Positions 31,737 through 42,535 of a DNA stretch of 64,000 nucleotides are shown piece by piece. The position numbers were made by a program, and so were the translations under genes. Under the pieces are notes generated by a model that saw only the letters and a program-made list of their open reading frames with translations, ran no database searches and was not told the origin of the DNA. Origin of the DNA: Candidatus Oxydemutatoraceae bacterium (GTDB lineage: Bacteria > Pseudomonadota > Gammaproteobacteria > Poriferisulfidales > Oxydemutatoraceae). The DNA lies in contig OZ244779.1 in the NCBI GenBank assembly GCA_965219575.1, positions 428,769 to 492,768 of the forward strand, in the 5' to 3' direction. The stretch's first letter is position 1. Each line of letters opens with the position of its first letter.

Positions 31737-33518
31737 ATGAGATTATTATCTACATTCTTTATGGCAACATTAGTTGCACTGGTCGGGACTTCCAGTCTAC
31801 ATGCTAACAGCATGTTGATGAAGATGTCCGAAGACCCCAATCAGTGGGTTATGCCCACTGGTAACTATGCCAACCATAGATACTCCGCATTAGACCAAAT
31901 TACTTCGGATAATGTCGGTGATCTAAAAGTTGCGTGGACCTTCTCTACAGGCGTTCTTAGAGGACACGAAGGTAACCCGCTGGTGGTTGGTGATATGATG
32001 TATGTTCATACACCATTCCCGAACAAAGTGATTGCATTGGATCTTAGCAATGATGCAAGCATCGCTTGGGAATATGAGCCAAAGCAAGATCCGGCAACAA
32101 TCCCGGTGATGTGTTGCGATACTGTAAATCGCGGTGTTGCTTATGGCGACGGTAAGATATTCTTACATCAAGCCGATACCACTCTGGTTGCATTAGACGC
32201 TATGAGCGGCAAAATGATCTGGAGTGCTAAAAACGGCGATATCTCCAAAGGACAAACCGGTACTGCGGCACCTATGGTTGTCAAAGACAAAGTCTATCTT
32301 GGCATCAGTGGCGGCGAATTTGGTGTTCGCGGTCACCTGACTGCATACGACATCAATACCGGCGACAGAGTCTGGCGAGGCTACTCGATGGGACCCGATT
32401 CCGACACTTTGATGGGACCGTCAACGACGCACCTCGGCAAATCCGTCGGTAAAGATTCAGGCCTAACAACCTGGGAAGGAGATCAATGGAAAATTGGTGG
32501 CGGCACGACCTGGGGCTGGTTCTCGTATGACCCGGAAGTAAACTTGGTCTACTACGGCACCGGTAACCCGAGCACGTGGAACCCTGTTCAGCGTCCTGGT
32601 GACAACCGTTGGTCTATGACGATATTTGCACGCGATGCAGATAGCGGACAAGCCAAGTGGGTCTATCAAATGACACCGTGGGATCAATGGGATTATGACG
32701 GCATCAATGAGATGATCTTGGCCGATATTCCCGTCGATGGTCAAATGCGCAAAACATTGGTGCACTTTGATCGTAACGGTTTCGGCTACACGCTGGATCG
32801 TGTAACCGGTGAATTGTTGGTTGCCGAAAAGTTTGACCCTGTGGTCAACTGGGCAACGCACGTTGACATGAAAACCGGTCGCCCGCAAGTTGTGGCTAAA
32901 TATGCTCCTGGTGAGCAAGGCGAAGATGTCAATACAACCGACATCTGCCCCGCTGCGCTAGGTACCAAAGACCAGCAACCGGCAGCATTTTCTCCGATGA
33001 CCGGCTTATTCTATGTACCGACTAACCATGTCTGCATGGATTATGAGCCGTTCAGAGTTAGCTATACTGCAGGTCAACCCTACGTTGGTGCTACACTCAA
33101 GATGTATCCTGCTCCGGGTGGCGATCACATGGGCAATTTCATTGCCTGGGATGCCGGTACCGGTGAGATTAAGTGGAGCAACGAAGAGAAGTTCTCCGTA
33201 TGGAGCGGTGCTTTGGCAACAGCCGGCAATGTCGTCTTCTACGGTACGCTTGAAGGTTATCTGAAAGCTGTCGACGCCATAACCGGTGAAGAACTGTATA
33301 AGTTCAAAACCCCTTCGGGAATTATCGGTAATGTAATGACCTACACCCATGATGGCAAGCAATATGTTGCCGTCCTATCCGGTGTCGGTGGTTGGGCAGG
33401 CATAGGCATGGCTGCTGGATTGACCGAAGACTCCGATGGCTTGGGTGCAGTCGGTGGCTATCGTCACCTACAAAACTATACCCGCCTAGGTGGTGTATTA
33501 ACTGTATTCTCTCTCTAA
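31737..33518 (+). CDS. xoxF: Lanthanide-dependent PQQ methanol dehydrogenase XoxF
   Basis: Signal peptide from ATG 31737, vicinal MCCD disulfide, WDYDG with the extra lanthanide-binding Asp. Followed by xoxG/xoxJ; no mxaI. Confidence 0.95.
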   Translation: MRLLSTFFMATLVALVGTSSLHANSMLMKMSEDPNQWVMPTGNYANHRYSALDQITSDNVGDLKVAWTFSTGVLRGHEGNPLVVGDMMYVHTPFPNKVIALDLSNDASIAWEYEPKQDPATIPVMCCDTVNRGVAYGDGKIFLHQADTTLVALDAMSGKMIWSAKNGDISKGQTGTAAPMVVKDKVYLGISGGEFGVRGHLTAYDINTGDRVWRGYSMGPDSDTLMGPSTTHLGKSVGKDSGLTTWEGDQWKIGGGTTWGWFSYDPEVNLVYYGTGNPSTWNPVQRPGDNRWSMTIFARDADSGQAKWVYQMTPWDQWDYDGINEMILADIPVDGQMRKTLVHFDRNGFGYTLDRVTGELLVAEKFDPVVNWATHVDMKTGRPQVVAKYAPGEQGEDVNTTDICPAALGTKDQQPAAFSPMTGLFYVPTNHVCMDYEPFRVSYTAGQPYVGATLKMYPAPGGDHMGNFIAWDAGTGEIKWSNEEKFSVWSGALATAGNVVFYGTLEGYLKAVDAITGEELYKFKTPSGIIGNVMTYTHDGKQYVAVLSGVGGWAGIGMAAGLTEDSDGLGAVGGYRHLQNYTRLGGVLTVFSL

Positions 33519-33567
33519 TCAGAGCTTAGAGAAACAGTAAACTAAACAGGCTTCGAAAGCCTTTTAT

Positions 33568-33607
33568 GTCCGCCATCCGAAATTTCATACGGATGGCGGG
33601 CTTTTTT
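33568..33607 (+). terminator. Rho-independent terminator after xoxF
   Basis: GTCCGCCATCCG-loop-CGGATGGCGGGC followed by TTTTTT. A second small hairpin AGGCTTCGAAAGCCT lies just upstream. Confidence 0.8.
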
Positions 33608-33627
33608 ATTTATGTGGAGATAGAATT

Positions 33628-34125
33628 ATGATTTCTGAAAGGATAAGACAATCACTTTGGATGTTTCTAGGTGCGATGTTGATCGCTTTGATATTGATGC
33701 CGGGCTATGCATCTTCCGATCAAACAGAGTTGATGGAAGAGGAGAAACCCTATAACATCGATGATGAAGGCAGAGTGGACTGGTACACATTTAGTGGTTT
33801 CAGACGCTATCATGCCGAATGCCATGCGTGCCACGGACCTGCCGGATTAGGAAGTTCCTTTGCCCCTAATTTACTCGACTCGATGAAAAATCTGAGTTAC
33901 GAAGAATTTTGGGAAGTAGTCGTAAACGGCAGAGTCAATATTAGTGGGGGTGTGCAGAATGTTATGCCCGCTTTAGGTACAAACATAAATGTAATGTGTT
34001 TTTTGGATGATATTTATGCATACCTTTACGCAAGAGCCGATCAGGCGATAGGGACGGAACGCCCCGATAAACAAGCTAAACCCAAGGAAGCTACAGAAAG
34101 AGATAACGCCTGCCTCGGTTCATAA
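33628..34125 (+). CDS. xoxG: c-type cytochrome XoxG
   Basis: GFRRYHAECHACHG (CxxCH); directly after xoxF. Confidence 0.88.
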   Translation: MISERIRQSLWMFLGAMLIALILMPGYASSDQTELMEEEKPYNIDDEGRVDWYTFSGFRRYHAECHACHGPAGLGSSFAPNLLDSMKNLSYEEFWEVVVNGRVNISGGVQNVMPALGTNINVMCFLDDIYAYLYARADQAIGTERPDKQAKPKEATERDNACLGS

Positions 34126-34167
34126 CCTAAACTTGCGTAATCCGATTGCTCTATCGCTTCCGATAAA

Positions 34168-35001
34168 ATGCATGATATATTTATAAAGATTATGAAACTT
34201 TATCTAGCTATTGCCCTCGCTCTATCGCTTGTATATACTTCTCAAGTATCCGCCGAGGGTATAACCGAAATAAAATCACGAACATCGTTGCGCGTATGCG
34301 GCGACCCGAGTAACTTACCGTTTTCAAACAGATTACAGCAAGGATTTGAAAATAAAATAGCCAAACTTCTTGCCGATAGTTTGGAATTACCCGTAAATTA
34401 TTTTTGGTTTCCGCAAAGTATGGGATTTGTTCGTACTACCTTACGCTCACGAAGATGCGATGTAATCATCGGTTTTTCGGCAGCCCACGAGTTGGTCTTG
34501 AATACCAACCCATACTATACATCGTCTTTTGTAATCGTTTATCCGTCGGAAGCCGACTATGAGGTGACTTCGTTGACCGATAAAATTATACGAGAGCGAA
34601 ATCTACGCATAGGTTTGATTGCCGGAACACCACCGAGCGGATTATTGTTGGAGCAAGGTCTGATGGAGCAGGTGGCTTCGTATCATTTGTGGGTTGATAC
34701 GCGAGCGGACTCACCCGGCGAACAAATTATCAAGGACATGATGGACGGTAAATTAGATATTGCGGTTTTGTGGGGTCCGGTTGCCGGATACTTGAATAAG
34801 CAGCATGGTTCGCCTTTTGAAATCGTGTCCTTGGCCGAAGCCGACTCCGAAGCATACCCGATGGTTTTTTCTATCACGATGGGTATTAGGCGCGGAGAAG
34901 CCGAATGGAAAAAAACCCTGAATACATTCATACGCAGGAATAAAGAAGACATAGATGCTATTTTAACCGAATACGGGGTGCCAATAGTATCGGCAAGATA
35001 A
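34168..35001 (+). CDS. xoxJ: Periplasmic binding-like protein XoxJ/MxaJ
   Basis: LRVCGDPSNLPFSN, GFENKIA and WGPVAGY motifs. Confidence 0.9.
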   Translation: MHDIFIKIMKLYLAIALALSLVYTSQVSAEGITEIKSRTSLRVCGDPSNLPFSNRLQQGFENKIAKLLADSLELPVNYFWFPQSMGFVRTTLRSRRCDVIIGFSAAHELVLNTNPYYTSSFVIVYPSEADYEVTSLTDKIIRERNLRIGLIAGTPPSGLLLEQGLMEQVASYHLWVDTRADSPGEQIIKDMMDGKLDIAVLWGPVAGYLNKQHGSPFEIVSLAEADSEAYPMVFSITMGIRRGEAEWKKTLNTFIRRNKEDIDAILTEYGVPIVSAR

Positions 35002-35591
35002 TGCGAATGCATTCTCTTACACCGCTTACACCTATGCTAATCGCTGTAGCCGTTGTAATGCCGGTGGATGCCAGTGGCTTTATTCCCGAGCCGCAAGGCT
35101 ATCGTATGGGTGACTATAGAACACCTACCCCTGACACTTTGGCTGGGGCAACCGTGGTGGATTCCATCGAACTCTATGCTTTGATGCAAGAGAATAAGCA
35201 AACCGTATTGATAGATGTGTTGCCGCTTGAGCGCAAACCACCCGATTTCCCCCCCGACCGTTTATGGCGCACACCGCCACGCTACAATTTACCCGGTAGC
35301 GTTTGGTTACCCAATGTCGGAGACGGACCTATTTCGCCGTTGTTTAAGGAATACTTAATAGAAAATCTGGAAAAAATAGTGGCAGAAAAGGATAATCCAC
35401 CATTGGTTTTTTATTGTCTTAGGGATTGCTGGATGTCGTGGAATGCGGCAAAACGTGCACTCGAATTGGGTTATCATAACGTTTATTGGTTTCCCGGCGG
35501 TAGCGACGAGTGGGAAATCTTGGGTTATGAATTGGAACTCGGTACAGCGGTACCGATGCCCGGATTTATTAATGAACAAAAGGAAGATTAA
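35001..35591 (+). CDS. Rhodanese-like PQQ-catabolism-associated CXXCW protein
   Basis: FYCLRDCWMSWNAAKRA motif. Confidence 0.88.
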   Translation: MRMHSLTPLTPMLIAVAVVMPVDASGFIPEPQGYRMGDYRTPTPDTLAGATVVDSIELYALMQENKQTVLIDVLPLERKPPDFPPDRLWRTPPRYNLPGSVWLPNVGDGPISPLFKEYLIENLEKIVAEKDNPPLVFYCLRDCWMSWNAAKRALELGYHNVYWFPGGSDEWEILGYELELGTAVPMPGFINEQKED

Positions 35592-35592
35592 C

Positions 35593-36330
35593 ATGAAATA
35601 TTTACTTAATATGCGCATATTTGTATATGCGATTTTATTGTTTTGCATAACACTTGCGTTTGCCGACACGCATACGAGTGAGGAGCAAAAAGCACAAGCC
35701 GACGGCGGCTATTCTCAAGCACAAGAGTTATTATTTTCTACTCCGCACTTGGATAATATAAAAAACGAAGCCGCTCTATATTATGATTTTAATCAGCACG
35801 GAGCGAATACGATTAGTTTTAATGACGAGATTATTCTGACTATTACCGGTATTTCGGAGCGCGGGGGCAAAAATGTGGAAGTTTCATTCCTGAGCGGCGA
35901 GAATAACAGACCCTACTCCGATATCAAGGATTTTAATTCTAACCCGTTGCTGATGTTTTTTCTGCAATGGGACGTAGAAAAAATGGACAGCGGTAGCGTA
36001 GTAACACATCATTATTTTCGCCACTTACTGCGTCAGGCATTTCTGACCAATGCCGATAGCGAGGAAATTAAAATTGATTTTCAAGGTCGTAGCGAAACAG
36101 CATACAAAGTGTTTTTTCAACCTCTGGTTGAACAACAAGATGATGATAACTACAAGGACTATCCTCAAAAGTATTATGAATTCGTTATTAGCGATGCGGT
36201 GCCGGGCGGAGTATATAGTATCAGCACGCTGATACCCTCCCAAGCCGGTGACGGAGAAGATGACGCGTCCGTAGAGCCGATCGAATCTACGTCCATACGA
36301 TTTAACCGTATGGACATGATCAAGCAGTAA
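35593..36330 (+). CDS. Exported hypothetical protein of the xox cluster
   Basis: Signal peptide from ATG 35593; NPLLMFFL and SDAVPGG motifs. Confidence 0.7.
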   Translation: MKYLLNMRIFVYAILLFCITLAFADTHTSEEQKAQADGGYSQAQELLFSTPHLDNIKNEAALYYDFNQHGANTISFNDEIILTITGISERGGKNVEVSFLSGENNRPYSDIKDFNSNPLLMFFLQWDVEKMDSGSVVTHHYFRHLLRQAFLTNADSEEIKIDFQGRSETAYKVFFQPLVEQQDDDNYKDYPQKYYEFVISDAVPGGVYSISTLIPSQAGDGEDDASVEPIESTSIRFNRMDMIKQ

Positions 36331-36359
36331 TATATTCACAGAGCAAAGAGGGAGTAAAA

Positions 36360-36728
36360 ATGAAGTTAGGACAAATTATCAAAGGTCATAGGAAAAAAGC
36401 ATTGTTGGTGTTTTTTTTGATGTTCGGTTTTTTAGCGACCGAGCAAGCCGTTGCAAATGATTTTCCAACCAGTGCGCGTGCAGAATATGTATTTGCCTGC
36501 ATGAGTACGAATGGTCAGTCACGAGAGATACTCGATAAATGCTCGTGTAGCGTAGATACGCTTGCCGAGTTAATGACTTATGACGAGTATGTGGATGCCG
36601 AGACTACGGTTAGAATGAGACAAATGTCGGGAGATCGCACGGCAATATTTCGTGATGTGGAGTGGGTCAGCAAAGCACTCGAGAAATTACGTACGGCTCA
36701 AGCCGAAGCCGAAATTCGCTGTTTTTGA
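36360..36728 (+). CDS. Exported cysteine-containing hypothetical protein of the xox cluster
   Basis: Signal peptide; NDFPT..RAEYVFACM...KCSCSVD...CF. Confidence 0.75.
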   Translation: MKLGQIIKGHRKKALLVFFLMFGFLATEQAVANDFPTSARAEYVFACMSTNGQSREILDKCSCSVDTLAELMTYDEYVDAETTVRMRQMSGDRTAIFRDVEWVSKALEKLRTAQAEAEIRCF

Positions 36729-36943
36729 AAACAAAAATTTATCTGTTAAAGTGCTGATATACAGGGCATTTTATCGCTCCTATAGATATATTTATTATCG
36801 CTGTAATATAGATTATTAATGACATATTCTATTGTGAGATTAGGAATATCATGCTACTATACTCAAACGATTCACTAATAACCATTTCATTAAATGGATA
36901 CTTGTGAGAAAGTGATTAACGTTTATATAAATGGAGGTAAAAA

Positions 36944-37024
36944 ATGAAACACTGGAAACAACCTTCTATTAGAGAAACCTCAGTTGGCATGGAAATTAAC
37001 TGCTATGCCTGCGCCGAGCTCTAA
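36944..37024 (+). CDS. pqqA: PQQ precursor peptide (26 aa), not in the ORF track
   Basis: MKHWKQPSIRETSVGMEINCYACAEL with the ExxxY motif, GGAGG RBS, directly upstream of pqqB. Confidence 0.93.
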   Translation: MKHWKQPSIRETSVGMEINCYACAEL

Positions 37025-37071
37025 ATAGAAAATTCACTTATCTACCGACTGCTGTCGAAGACTAATTGACA

Positions 37072-38001
37072 ATGCGAATTGTTGTATTAGGATCGGCAGC
37101 AGGAGGTGGATTTCCCCAGTGGAACTGCAACACGGAGTATTGTAAATTAGCAAGAAACGGCAGTCCCACTTCAATTCCCAGAAGTCAATCCTCGATAGCG
37201 GTTTCGTCCGATGACCGCAAGTTCTTACTTCTAAATTGCTCTCCCGATTTACGTTATCAAGTTAACCAAAACAAAGCACTCCATCCGTGCAACGGCCTCA
37301 GAGGTAGCCCGATCGATGCGGTCATTTTAACGAACGGCGATGTCGATCATGTTGCCGGACTACTCACGATGCGCGAAAGTGAACCTTTTCGTATTTATGC
37401 ATCCGACAGAGTACAAAGCATACTGGCATCGAACAGTATATTTAATGTGCTCAATCCCGATTATGTCAAACGCAATACCTTTGAATTGTCCGATGCCTTC
37501 GAGGTTAAGGATGCACAGGGTGAGTCTTTAGGTCTCGAGGTTGAAGCGTTTGCCGTTCCCGGCAAAGTCGCATTGTTTTTGGAAGATCAAAATCAAGGCG
37601 ATAACTTCGGCACCCGAGAAGGCGATACGGTGGGCTTGCATATACGCGACTTGCAAAGCAACGCTTCGTTCTACTATATTCCGGGTTGCGCTCGAGTGCC
37701 CGATTGGCTCAAACAAAGGTTGAACGGTGCCGAACTTTTATTTTTTGACGGCACTTTATTTAGAAACGACGAAATGGTTAAAATGGGAGTCGGACAAAAA
37801 ACCGGTGAACGGATGGGGCACATCAACATGGACGGCGAAGACGGTTCGCTCAAAGCCTTTGACGATATTGATATAGGTCGGAAAATTTATATTCACATCA
37901 ACAATACCAATCCCGTGCTACTTCAAAACTCATCCGAAAGAAAAGTTGTAGAGGCGGCGGGTTGGACGGTATCGCACGACGGAATGGAGATTTTATTATG
38001 A
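37072..38001 (+). CDS. pqqB: PQQ biosynthesis protein B
   Basis: LGSAAGGGFPQWNC, RSQSSIA and IHINNTNP motifs. Confidence 0.95.
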   Translation: MRIVVLGSAAGGGFPQWNCNTEYCKLARNGSPTSIPRSQSSIAVSSDDRKFLLLNCSPDLRYQVNQNKALHPCNGLRGSPIDAVILTNGDVDHVAGLLTMRESEPFRIYASDRVQSILASNSIFNVLNPDYVKRNTFELSDAFEVKDAQGESLGLEVEAFAVPGKVALFLEDQNQGDNFGTREGDTVGLHIRDLQSNASFYYIPGCARVPDWLKQRLNGAELLFFDGTLFRNDEMVKMGVGQKTGERMGHINMDGEDGSLKAFDDIDIGRKIYIHINNTNPVLLQNSSERKVVEAAGWTVSHDGMEILL

Positions 38002-38750
38002 GAATCACTCTGAAAGAAATACTGATGCCGGAACAGCTCAAGCAGCATCTGCACGAGATAGGCGAGCGTTATTACCACGACAAGCATCCTTTTCATCGTT
38101 TGTTGCATACCGGAAAACTCAGTCGCGGACAAGTCCAGGCATGGGCACTAAATCGCTATTGTTATCAAGCGATCATTCCTATCAAAGATACCTACTTGAT
38201 GGCGAGAATGCCTTGTAATGTTATGCGCCGCGAGTGGCGGCAAAGAATAGAAGACCACGACGGCAGCGAAACAAGCGGGGGCGGAATAGAACGTTGGCTC
38301 AAACTGACCGACGGTTTGGATTTAACACGCGATTATGTCATATCACAAGACGGTGCTTTGCCGGCATCAAGATTTTCTGCCGATGCCTATGTACGCTTTG
38401 TATCGGAACGGCCACTACTCGAAGCGATTGCATCGTCGTTGACCGAGATTTTTTCACCGATGATTATTTCCGAGAGAGTTTCCGGCATGTTGAAAAATTA
38501 CGATTTTATAACCGAAGAGACTCTGGCCTATTTCAAACCGAGGCTGACCCAAGCGCGGCGCGATGTCGATTTTGCGCTCCAGTATGTGCTAGACCACGCC
38601 CGCACAATCGGCGAGCAAGAGGGCGTATTGAATGCATTGCGCTTCAAATGTGATATTTTGTGGAGCCAGCTGGACGCGTTGTATTTTTCTTATGTAGAGC
38701 CGTGTCTGGTGCCACCGGACTGTTTCGTACCGAATGACAATGCCCGATAA
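37998..38750 (+). CDS. pqqC: Pyrroloquinoline-quinone synthase
   Basis: YHDKHPFH, WALNRYCYQ, IPIKD and FKCDILWSQLDAL motifs. Confidence 0.95.
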   Translation: MRITLKEILMPEQLKQHLHEIGERYYHDKHPFHRLLHTGKLSRGQVQAWALNRYCYQAIIPIKDTYLMARMPCNVMRREWRQRIEDHDGSETSGGGIERWLKLTDGLDLTRDYVISQDGALPASRFSADAYVRFVSERPLLEAIASSLTEIFSPMIISERVSGMLKNYDFITEETLAYFKPRLTQARRDVDFALQYVLDHARTIGEQEGVLNALRFKCDILWSQLDALYFSYVEPCLVPPDCFVPNDNAR

Positions 38751-39045
38751 GCAAACATCCCCCGACCGCGCAATGGTATCGGCCAAATCGATACCGATAT
38801 TGCCGACACATATCAGGCTACACCATGACAAGGTGCGCGACGCTTGGGTATTATTGGCACCGGAGCGCTTATTGACACCGGACGAGATTGCGCTGGCAAT
38901 CTTGCGATTGTGCGACGGGAAAACTACGGTTGCAACTATTTCCGAAAAATTGGCAAAAGAGTACAATGCACCTTGCGAAGAGATTCAGAAGGATGTGAAA
39001 ATGATGCTACAAGATTTAGTAGACAAGGACTTTATGACGATATGA
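38734..39045 (+). CDS. pqqD: PQQ biosynthesis peptide chaperone
   Basis: WVLLAPER...LCDG; lies between pqqC and pqqE. Confidence 0.92.
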   Translation: MTMPDKQTSPDRAMVSAKSIPILPTHIRLHHDKVRDAWVLLAPERLLTPDEIALAILRLCDGKTTVATISEKLAKEYNAPCEEIQKDVKMMLQDLVDKDFMTI

Positions 39046-40160
39046 GTGCCAAAGATCAAAGTATCGGGATGCCGGTTTCTATATTGTGCGAGCTGACGCA
39101 CCGTTGCCCGTTGCAATGCCCCTATTGCTCTAATCCCGAGCAGCTGGAGCGCGCGGCCGGTGAATTGAATACCGAACAATGGTGCGATGTGCTGGAGCAA
39201 GCGGTCGGTATGGGAATTTTGCAAGTCCATTTCTCCGGCGGAGAGCCTGCGGTTCGCAAAGACCTCGAAGATTTGGTGAAAGCAGCCGAAGAACTCGGGT
39301 TGTATAGTAATCTGATCACTTCCGCAGCGTCGCTCGACGAACAACGCATGGAAACCCTCACTCGCCACGGGCTGAAGCATGTACAAATCAGCATACAAGA
39401 TAGCAAAGAAGACACCGCCAATCACATCAGCGGTAATAAACATAGCTTTAAGCAGAAAGTCAGGATTGCCAAAGCGGTGAAAGACAATAACTTGTCGTTA
39501 ACCGTCAATGCGCCGATACATAAAATGAATATAGAGAATCTTCCTGCCATTATCGATTTCGCAGTCAATTTGGGAGCTTCTCGGCTCGAAGTGGCACATG
39601 TGCAATACTACGGCTGGGCGTATCATAACCGTGCGGCACTGATGCCGTTGCGGAAACAGCTGGAAGTGGCAACCGAGGTTGTAGAAAATGCAATAGAACA
39701 ACTCAAGGGTATTTTAACCATCGATTATGTGGTTCCCGATTACTATGCTAAACGACCCAAGGCGTGTATGGGCGGGTGGGCTAGACAATTTCTGAATATC
39801 ACCCCGTCGGGCAAAGTGATGCCGTGCCATGCCGCCGAGAGTATCACCTCGCTAAACTTCGATAATGTCAAAGAACGTAGCCTTGTGGATATTTGGGAAA
39901 GTTCCGAAGCCTTCGAAAGATTTCGCGGCACCGATTGGATGCCCGACAAATGCCGTAGTTGCCCGCGGCATACGATAGATTGGGCAGGTTGTCGTTGTCA
40001 AGCATTCGCAATCACCGGCGATGCCGCCAATATGGACCCGGCTTGTGAATTCTCCGAACATCACGAGCAACTGGTAGAAATTGCCAATTTAGAATCGCAT
40101 CGCACCAAAGTACCTTTTGACTATAGACGCATAGGGGGAATACCGGTCAAAACCGCTTGA
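39042..40160 (+). CDS. pqqE: Radical SAM enzyme PqqE
   Basis: CPLQCPYCSNP, KACMGGW and SPASM GCRCQA motifs; start at ATG 39042. Confidence 0.95.
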   Translation: MSAKDQSIGMPVSILCELTHRCPLQCPYCSNPEQLERAAGELNTEQWCDVLEQAVGMGILQVHFSGGEPAVRKDLEDLVKAAEELGLYSNLITSAASLDEQRMETLTRHGLKHVQISIQDSKEDTANHISGNKHSFKQKVRIAKAVKDNNLSLTVNAPIHKMNIENLPAIIDFAVNLGASRLEVAHVQYYGWAYHNRAALMPLRKQLEVATEVVENAIEQLKGILTIDYVVPDYYAKRPKACMGGWARQFLNITPSGKVMPCHAAESITSLNFDNVKERSLVDIWESSEAFERFRGTDWMPDKCRSCPRHTIDWAGCRCQAFAITGDAANMDPACEFSEHHEQLVEIANLESHRTKVPFDYRRIGGIPVKTA

Positions 40161-40209
40161 CTCTCGGTGTATTAAGCACCGATTGAAAGTATAAATCCTT
40201 GTAAACGAG

Positions 40210-41166
40210 ATGCCCGATATTGAACCTCGCTGTAGTTATCGGATAGAAACCGGTACCGTTCATAAACTTATGGTAAAAGAATACGGTTCCGAGGACGGTT
40301 ATCCGGTTGTTTTTCTACACGGCGGCCCCGGTAGCGGTTGTCGCAGTAGCCTGTGCGACTTGTTCGATCTGGAGAAATTTCGCATCGTTGCTCCCGACCA
40401 GCGCGGTGCCGGTGACAGCACACCCAAAGGCTGTCTAGAACACAACGAGACCCGATATCTCATTGAAGATATCGAACGAATACGCAATAGCTTGTCGATA
40501 GAAAAATGGATGGTAGTCGGTGGGTCGTGGGGTGCTTTGCTGGCGATAGCCTATGCCGAACATCACCCTTCCGCCGTCGCCGGACTTGTTTTGCGCTCTC
40601 TGTTTTTGGGCGGCGACGATGAAATACAGCGAGCTTTTATAGACTTGCCTAAGATTTTTTATCCCGAACTGTACGAAATTTTTATCGGCTTATTGCCCGA
40701 AGATGAAAGGCAAGCACCTCTGCAAGCGTATTACAAACGCATCCTCGACGACGACCCGTCGGTCTCTCATCCGGCGATCTTCGTTTGGCACGATTACGAA
40801 CGGGCTTTGTCGGTATTGCAACCTCCGTTTCCTACCGAGCAAATTTTACCTTCCAAGCTATCGCTGGATGCCGTCGGCAAACGGGATCAAATGCCCGCTA
40901 CACCTCGCATGGAAGCACATTACTTTTCCAATCATTGTTTTCTATCATCGGGGCAATTGCTTAAAAAAGCCGATTGTTTGCATAACATCCCCGGCATCGT
41001 CGTCCAAGCACGCTACGACCTACTGTGTCCACCGCAAAGCGCGTATTCTTTAACGCGTCGTTGGCCGTACAGCCGAGTTGTCACCGTAGAAAAAGCCGGG
41101 CACAGCCAGTCGGAGGAAGGCGTAACCGAAGCCACGCGTAAAGTCGTTACGGCACTGGTGCCGTAG
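40210..41166 (+). CDS. pip: Proline iminopeptidase (S33)
   Basis: LHGGPGSG, DQRGAG, GGSWG, YDLLCP and AGHS motifs. Confidence 0.88.
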   Translation: MPDIEPRCSYRIETGTVHKLMVKEYGSEDGYPVVFLHGGPGSGCRSSLCDLFDLEKFRIVAPDQRGAGDSTPKGCLEHNETRYLIEDIERIRNSLSIEKWMVVGGSWGALLAIAYAEHHPSAVAGLVLRSLFLGGDDEIQRAFIDLPKIFYPELYEIFIGLLPEDERQAPLQAYYKRILDDDPSVSHPAIFVWHDYERALSVLQPPFPTEQILPSKLSLDAVGKRDQMPATPRMEAHYFSNHCFLSSGQLLKKADCLHNIPGIVVQARYDLLCPPQSAYSLTRRWPYSRVVTVEKAGHSQSEEGVTEATRKVVTALVP

Positions 41167-42520
41167 CCGATTGCGCCGTGAATATTTGCAAACCACCTGT
41201 AGGGGCAGGATAAAGCCGCCGATTGAGCCAGTAGGTCAATCGGCAATATAAAGCCGCCGATTGAGCCAGTAGGTCAATCGGCAATTATAATGTCTGCCCT
41301 TAAGTACCGTTCTGCACGACACCAACCGCTTGTACCGTATGGTTTTGGTTCTCATAAATTGGATGAATGAATGTATAAACATAGTACAGATACGACGGGA
41401 CTGTTGAAAAAGTGCGGATATCGCACAAACTCAACCGCTGTGCGCCGTGAATATTTACTAACCACCCGTAGGGGCGGACTGGCATGTCCGCCCTAAAGTA
41501 CCGTTCTGCACAGCCGTAATCGCTTGTACCGTATGGTTTTGGTTCTCATAAATTGGATGAATGAATGTATAAACATAGTACAGATACGACGGGACTGTTG
41601 AAAAAGTGCGGATATCGCACAAACTCAACCGCTGTGCGCCGTGAATATTTACTAACCACCCGTAGGGGCGGACTGGCATGTCCGCCCTAAAGTACCGTTC
41701 TGCACAGCCGTAATCGCTTGCGCCATTTGGTTTTGGTTTCCATAAATTGGATGAATGAATGCATAAGTCATGCAGATACGACGGGACTGTTGAAAAAGTG
41801 CGGATATCGCACAAACTCAACCGCTGTGCGCCGTGAATATTTACTAACCACCCGTAGGGGCGGACTGGCATGTCCGCCCTAAAGTGCCGTTCTGCACAGC
41901 CGTAATCGCTTGCGCCATTTGGTTTTGGTTTCCATAAATTGGATGAATGAATGCATAAACATAGTACAGATACGATGGGGCTGTTGAAAAAGTGCGGATA
42001 TCGCACAAACTCAACCGCTGTGCGCCGTGAATATTTACTAACCACCCGTAGGGGCGGACTGGCATGTCCGCCCTAAAGTGCCGTTCTGCACAGCCGTAAT
42101 CGCTTGCGCCATTTGGTTTTGGTTCTCATAAATTGGATGAATGAATGCATAAGTCATGCAGATACGACGGGACTGTTGAAAAAGTGCGGATATCGCACAA
42201 ACTCAACCGCTGTGCGCCGTGAATATTTACTAACCACCCGTAGGGGCGGACTGGCATGTCCGCCCTAAAGTGCCGTTCTGCACAGCCGTAATCGCTTGCG
42301 CCATTTGGTTTTGGTTCTCATAAATTGGATGAATGAATGCATAAGTCATGCAGATACGACGGGACTGTTGAAAAAGTATCGCCAGCGCAATCCAACTACT
42401 TTGCACTTATGAGAACAAGCCCTAGCTTGTTCGACCTACATACTAATGCTAAGTTTTTGCACAACATCACGCCGTTTGTGCTACTGCAACAAACGGCGGT
42501 GCTGTTTTTCAACAGCCCCC
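41167..42520. repeat. Tandem array of five 192-194-bp REP-containing units plus flanking modules
   Basis: CTGTTGAAAAAG recurs at 41401, 41595, 41787, 41981, 42173 and 42365. Each unit carries GTAGGGGCGGACTGGCATGTCCGCCC. Confidence 0.95.
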
Positions 42521-42535
42521 GGTATCTGCACAAAG

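Noticed and set aside
38844-39041. Long N-terminal extension of pqqE
   Set aside because: It overlaps pqqD. The ATGA-coupled start at 39042 gives a normal-length PqqE.
41300-42065. Repetitive ORFs (e.g. 41458..42045; also 48051..48587, 11319..11630, 4151..4363, 44502..44870)
   Set aside because: They are translations of the non-coding mosaic repeats, open in several frames and on both strands, with no RBS or domain.
41401-42364. Possible CRISPR array
   Set aside because: Whole 192-194-bp units repeat with no unique spacers, and no cas genes are nearby.
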